Below, one piece after another: positions 63,763-64,000 of a DNA stretch of 64,000 bases (positions are counted from its first letter, which is position 1; each line of letters starts with the position of its first letter). The notes below the pieces were generated by a model that saw only the letters and a list, made by a program, of their open reading frames with translations, searched no databases and was not told where the DNA came from. This stretch comes from an uncultured SAR86 cluster bacterium (GTDB taxonomy: Bacteria; Pseudomonadota; Gammaproteobacteria; Magnimaribacterales; D2472), in the NCBI GenBank assembly GCA_902626385.1, contig CACOEZ010000001.1, forward strand, positions 79,756 through 143,755. Direction: 5' to 3'. Both the position numbers and the translations under genes were made by a program.

Positions 63763-64000
63763 TCTTATATGACTTTGGGAGTGTGACATGTTGTTTCAAG
63801 TTGTCATCAATCTCATACCATGAGGCTTTTGATCCAACATAGACGTGATGAGCTTGAGGCAAACTTATATCTCCATTTAAAGCACCAACAGAAATATAGT
63901 ATTTTTCTGACTTATTCTTATTAAAAAACATTATATTTGAACCACAAATTTCACAAAATACTCGTTCACAATCTTTAGAAGAAGCATATGTTTTAATATT
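63755..64000 (-). CDS. GFA (glutathione-dependent formaldehyde-activating)/CENP-V family protein, 5' end outside window
   Basis: My translation of the minus strand from the window edge: NIKTYASSKDCERVFCEICGSNIMFFNKNKSEKYYISVGALNGDISLPQAHHVYVGSKASWYEIDDNLKQH...KNE*. The CxxCG and tail pattern are GFA-like. Its stop overlaps the kinase start (ATGAATAA). Confidence 0.55.
   Translation of the reverse strand, partial: NIKTYASSKDCERVFCEICGSNIMFFNKNKSEKYYISVGALNGDISLPQAHHVYVGSKASWYEIDDNLKQHVTLPKSYKNE

Noticed and set aside
1-64000. Scan for tRNA, rRNA, tmRNA, CRISPR repeats, IS inverted repeats and integrase/transposase ORFs.
   Set aside because: No T-loop-like GGTTCGAATCC-type motifs, rRNA-like GC-rich blocks, regularly spaced repeats or recombinase motifs were seen. 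All ORFs over 60 aa are accounted for by the features or their antisense shadows.

Overview
64-kb window from a low-GC, very gene-dense bacterial chromosome. I call about 80 CDS, most separated by under 30 bp or overlapping by 1-14 nt (ATGA / TAATG junctions). Gene content and local synteny (rppH..lgt-thyA-folA; proC-yggS-yggT; metX-metW-rdgB; argS-SPOR; sigma-32 rpoH; a Vibrio-style six-gene TonB2 cluster) suggest a streamlined marine gammaproteobacterium; this is inference, not a database hit. Recognisable content: an acyl-CoA carboxyltransferase (5' partial), a run of secreted or membrane proteins from poorly characterised families (1.4-9 kb), an ALDH7/AmaB plus saccharopine-dehydrogenase-like pair, uvrD, a split TRAP transporter, lipB-lipA, an NfeD-SPFH pair followed by an atypical TonB_C protein, yaaA, three consecutive phosphoesterases, rpoH, trmB, argS, efp, an ACE-like M2 peptidase, DUF3450-ttpC-like-exbB-exbD-tonB-TPR, folA-thyA-lgt, rppH, an orphan ABC permease coupled to a short rmuC, an AspB-type aminotransferase, hspQ and ybjQ. 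I found no rRNA, tRNA, CRISPR array, integrase or transposase, prophage gene or recognisable defence gene. I do not see a clear-cut novel multi-gene system. The best candidates for follow-up are: (i) the extracytoplasmic DUF4399 / NosD-like beta-helix / double-CxxCH / lipoprotein / DUF2147 cluster, whose beta-helix gene has a signal peptide with no canonical start codon; (ii) the NfeD-SPFH-coiled-coil TonB_C trio, which carries a recent ~140-bp in-frame tandem duplication; (iii) a strongly SD-driven 63-aa protein with nine cysteines; (iv) two long perfect or near-perfect inverted repeats in the only sizeable intergenic regions (48482-48502 and 62317-62364). All family assignments rest on motifs read by eye and on memory of the families. 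None was verified by search.
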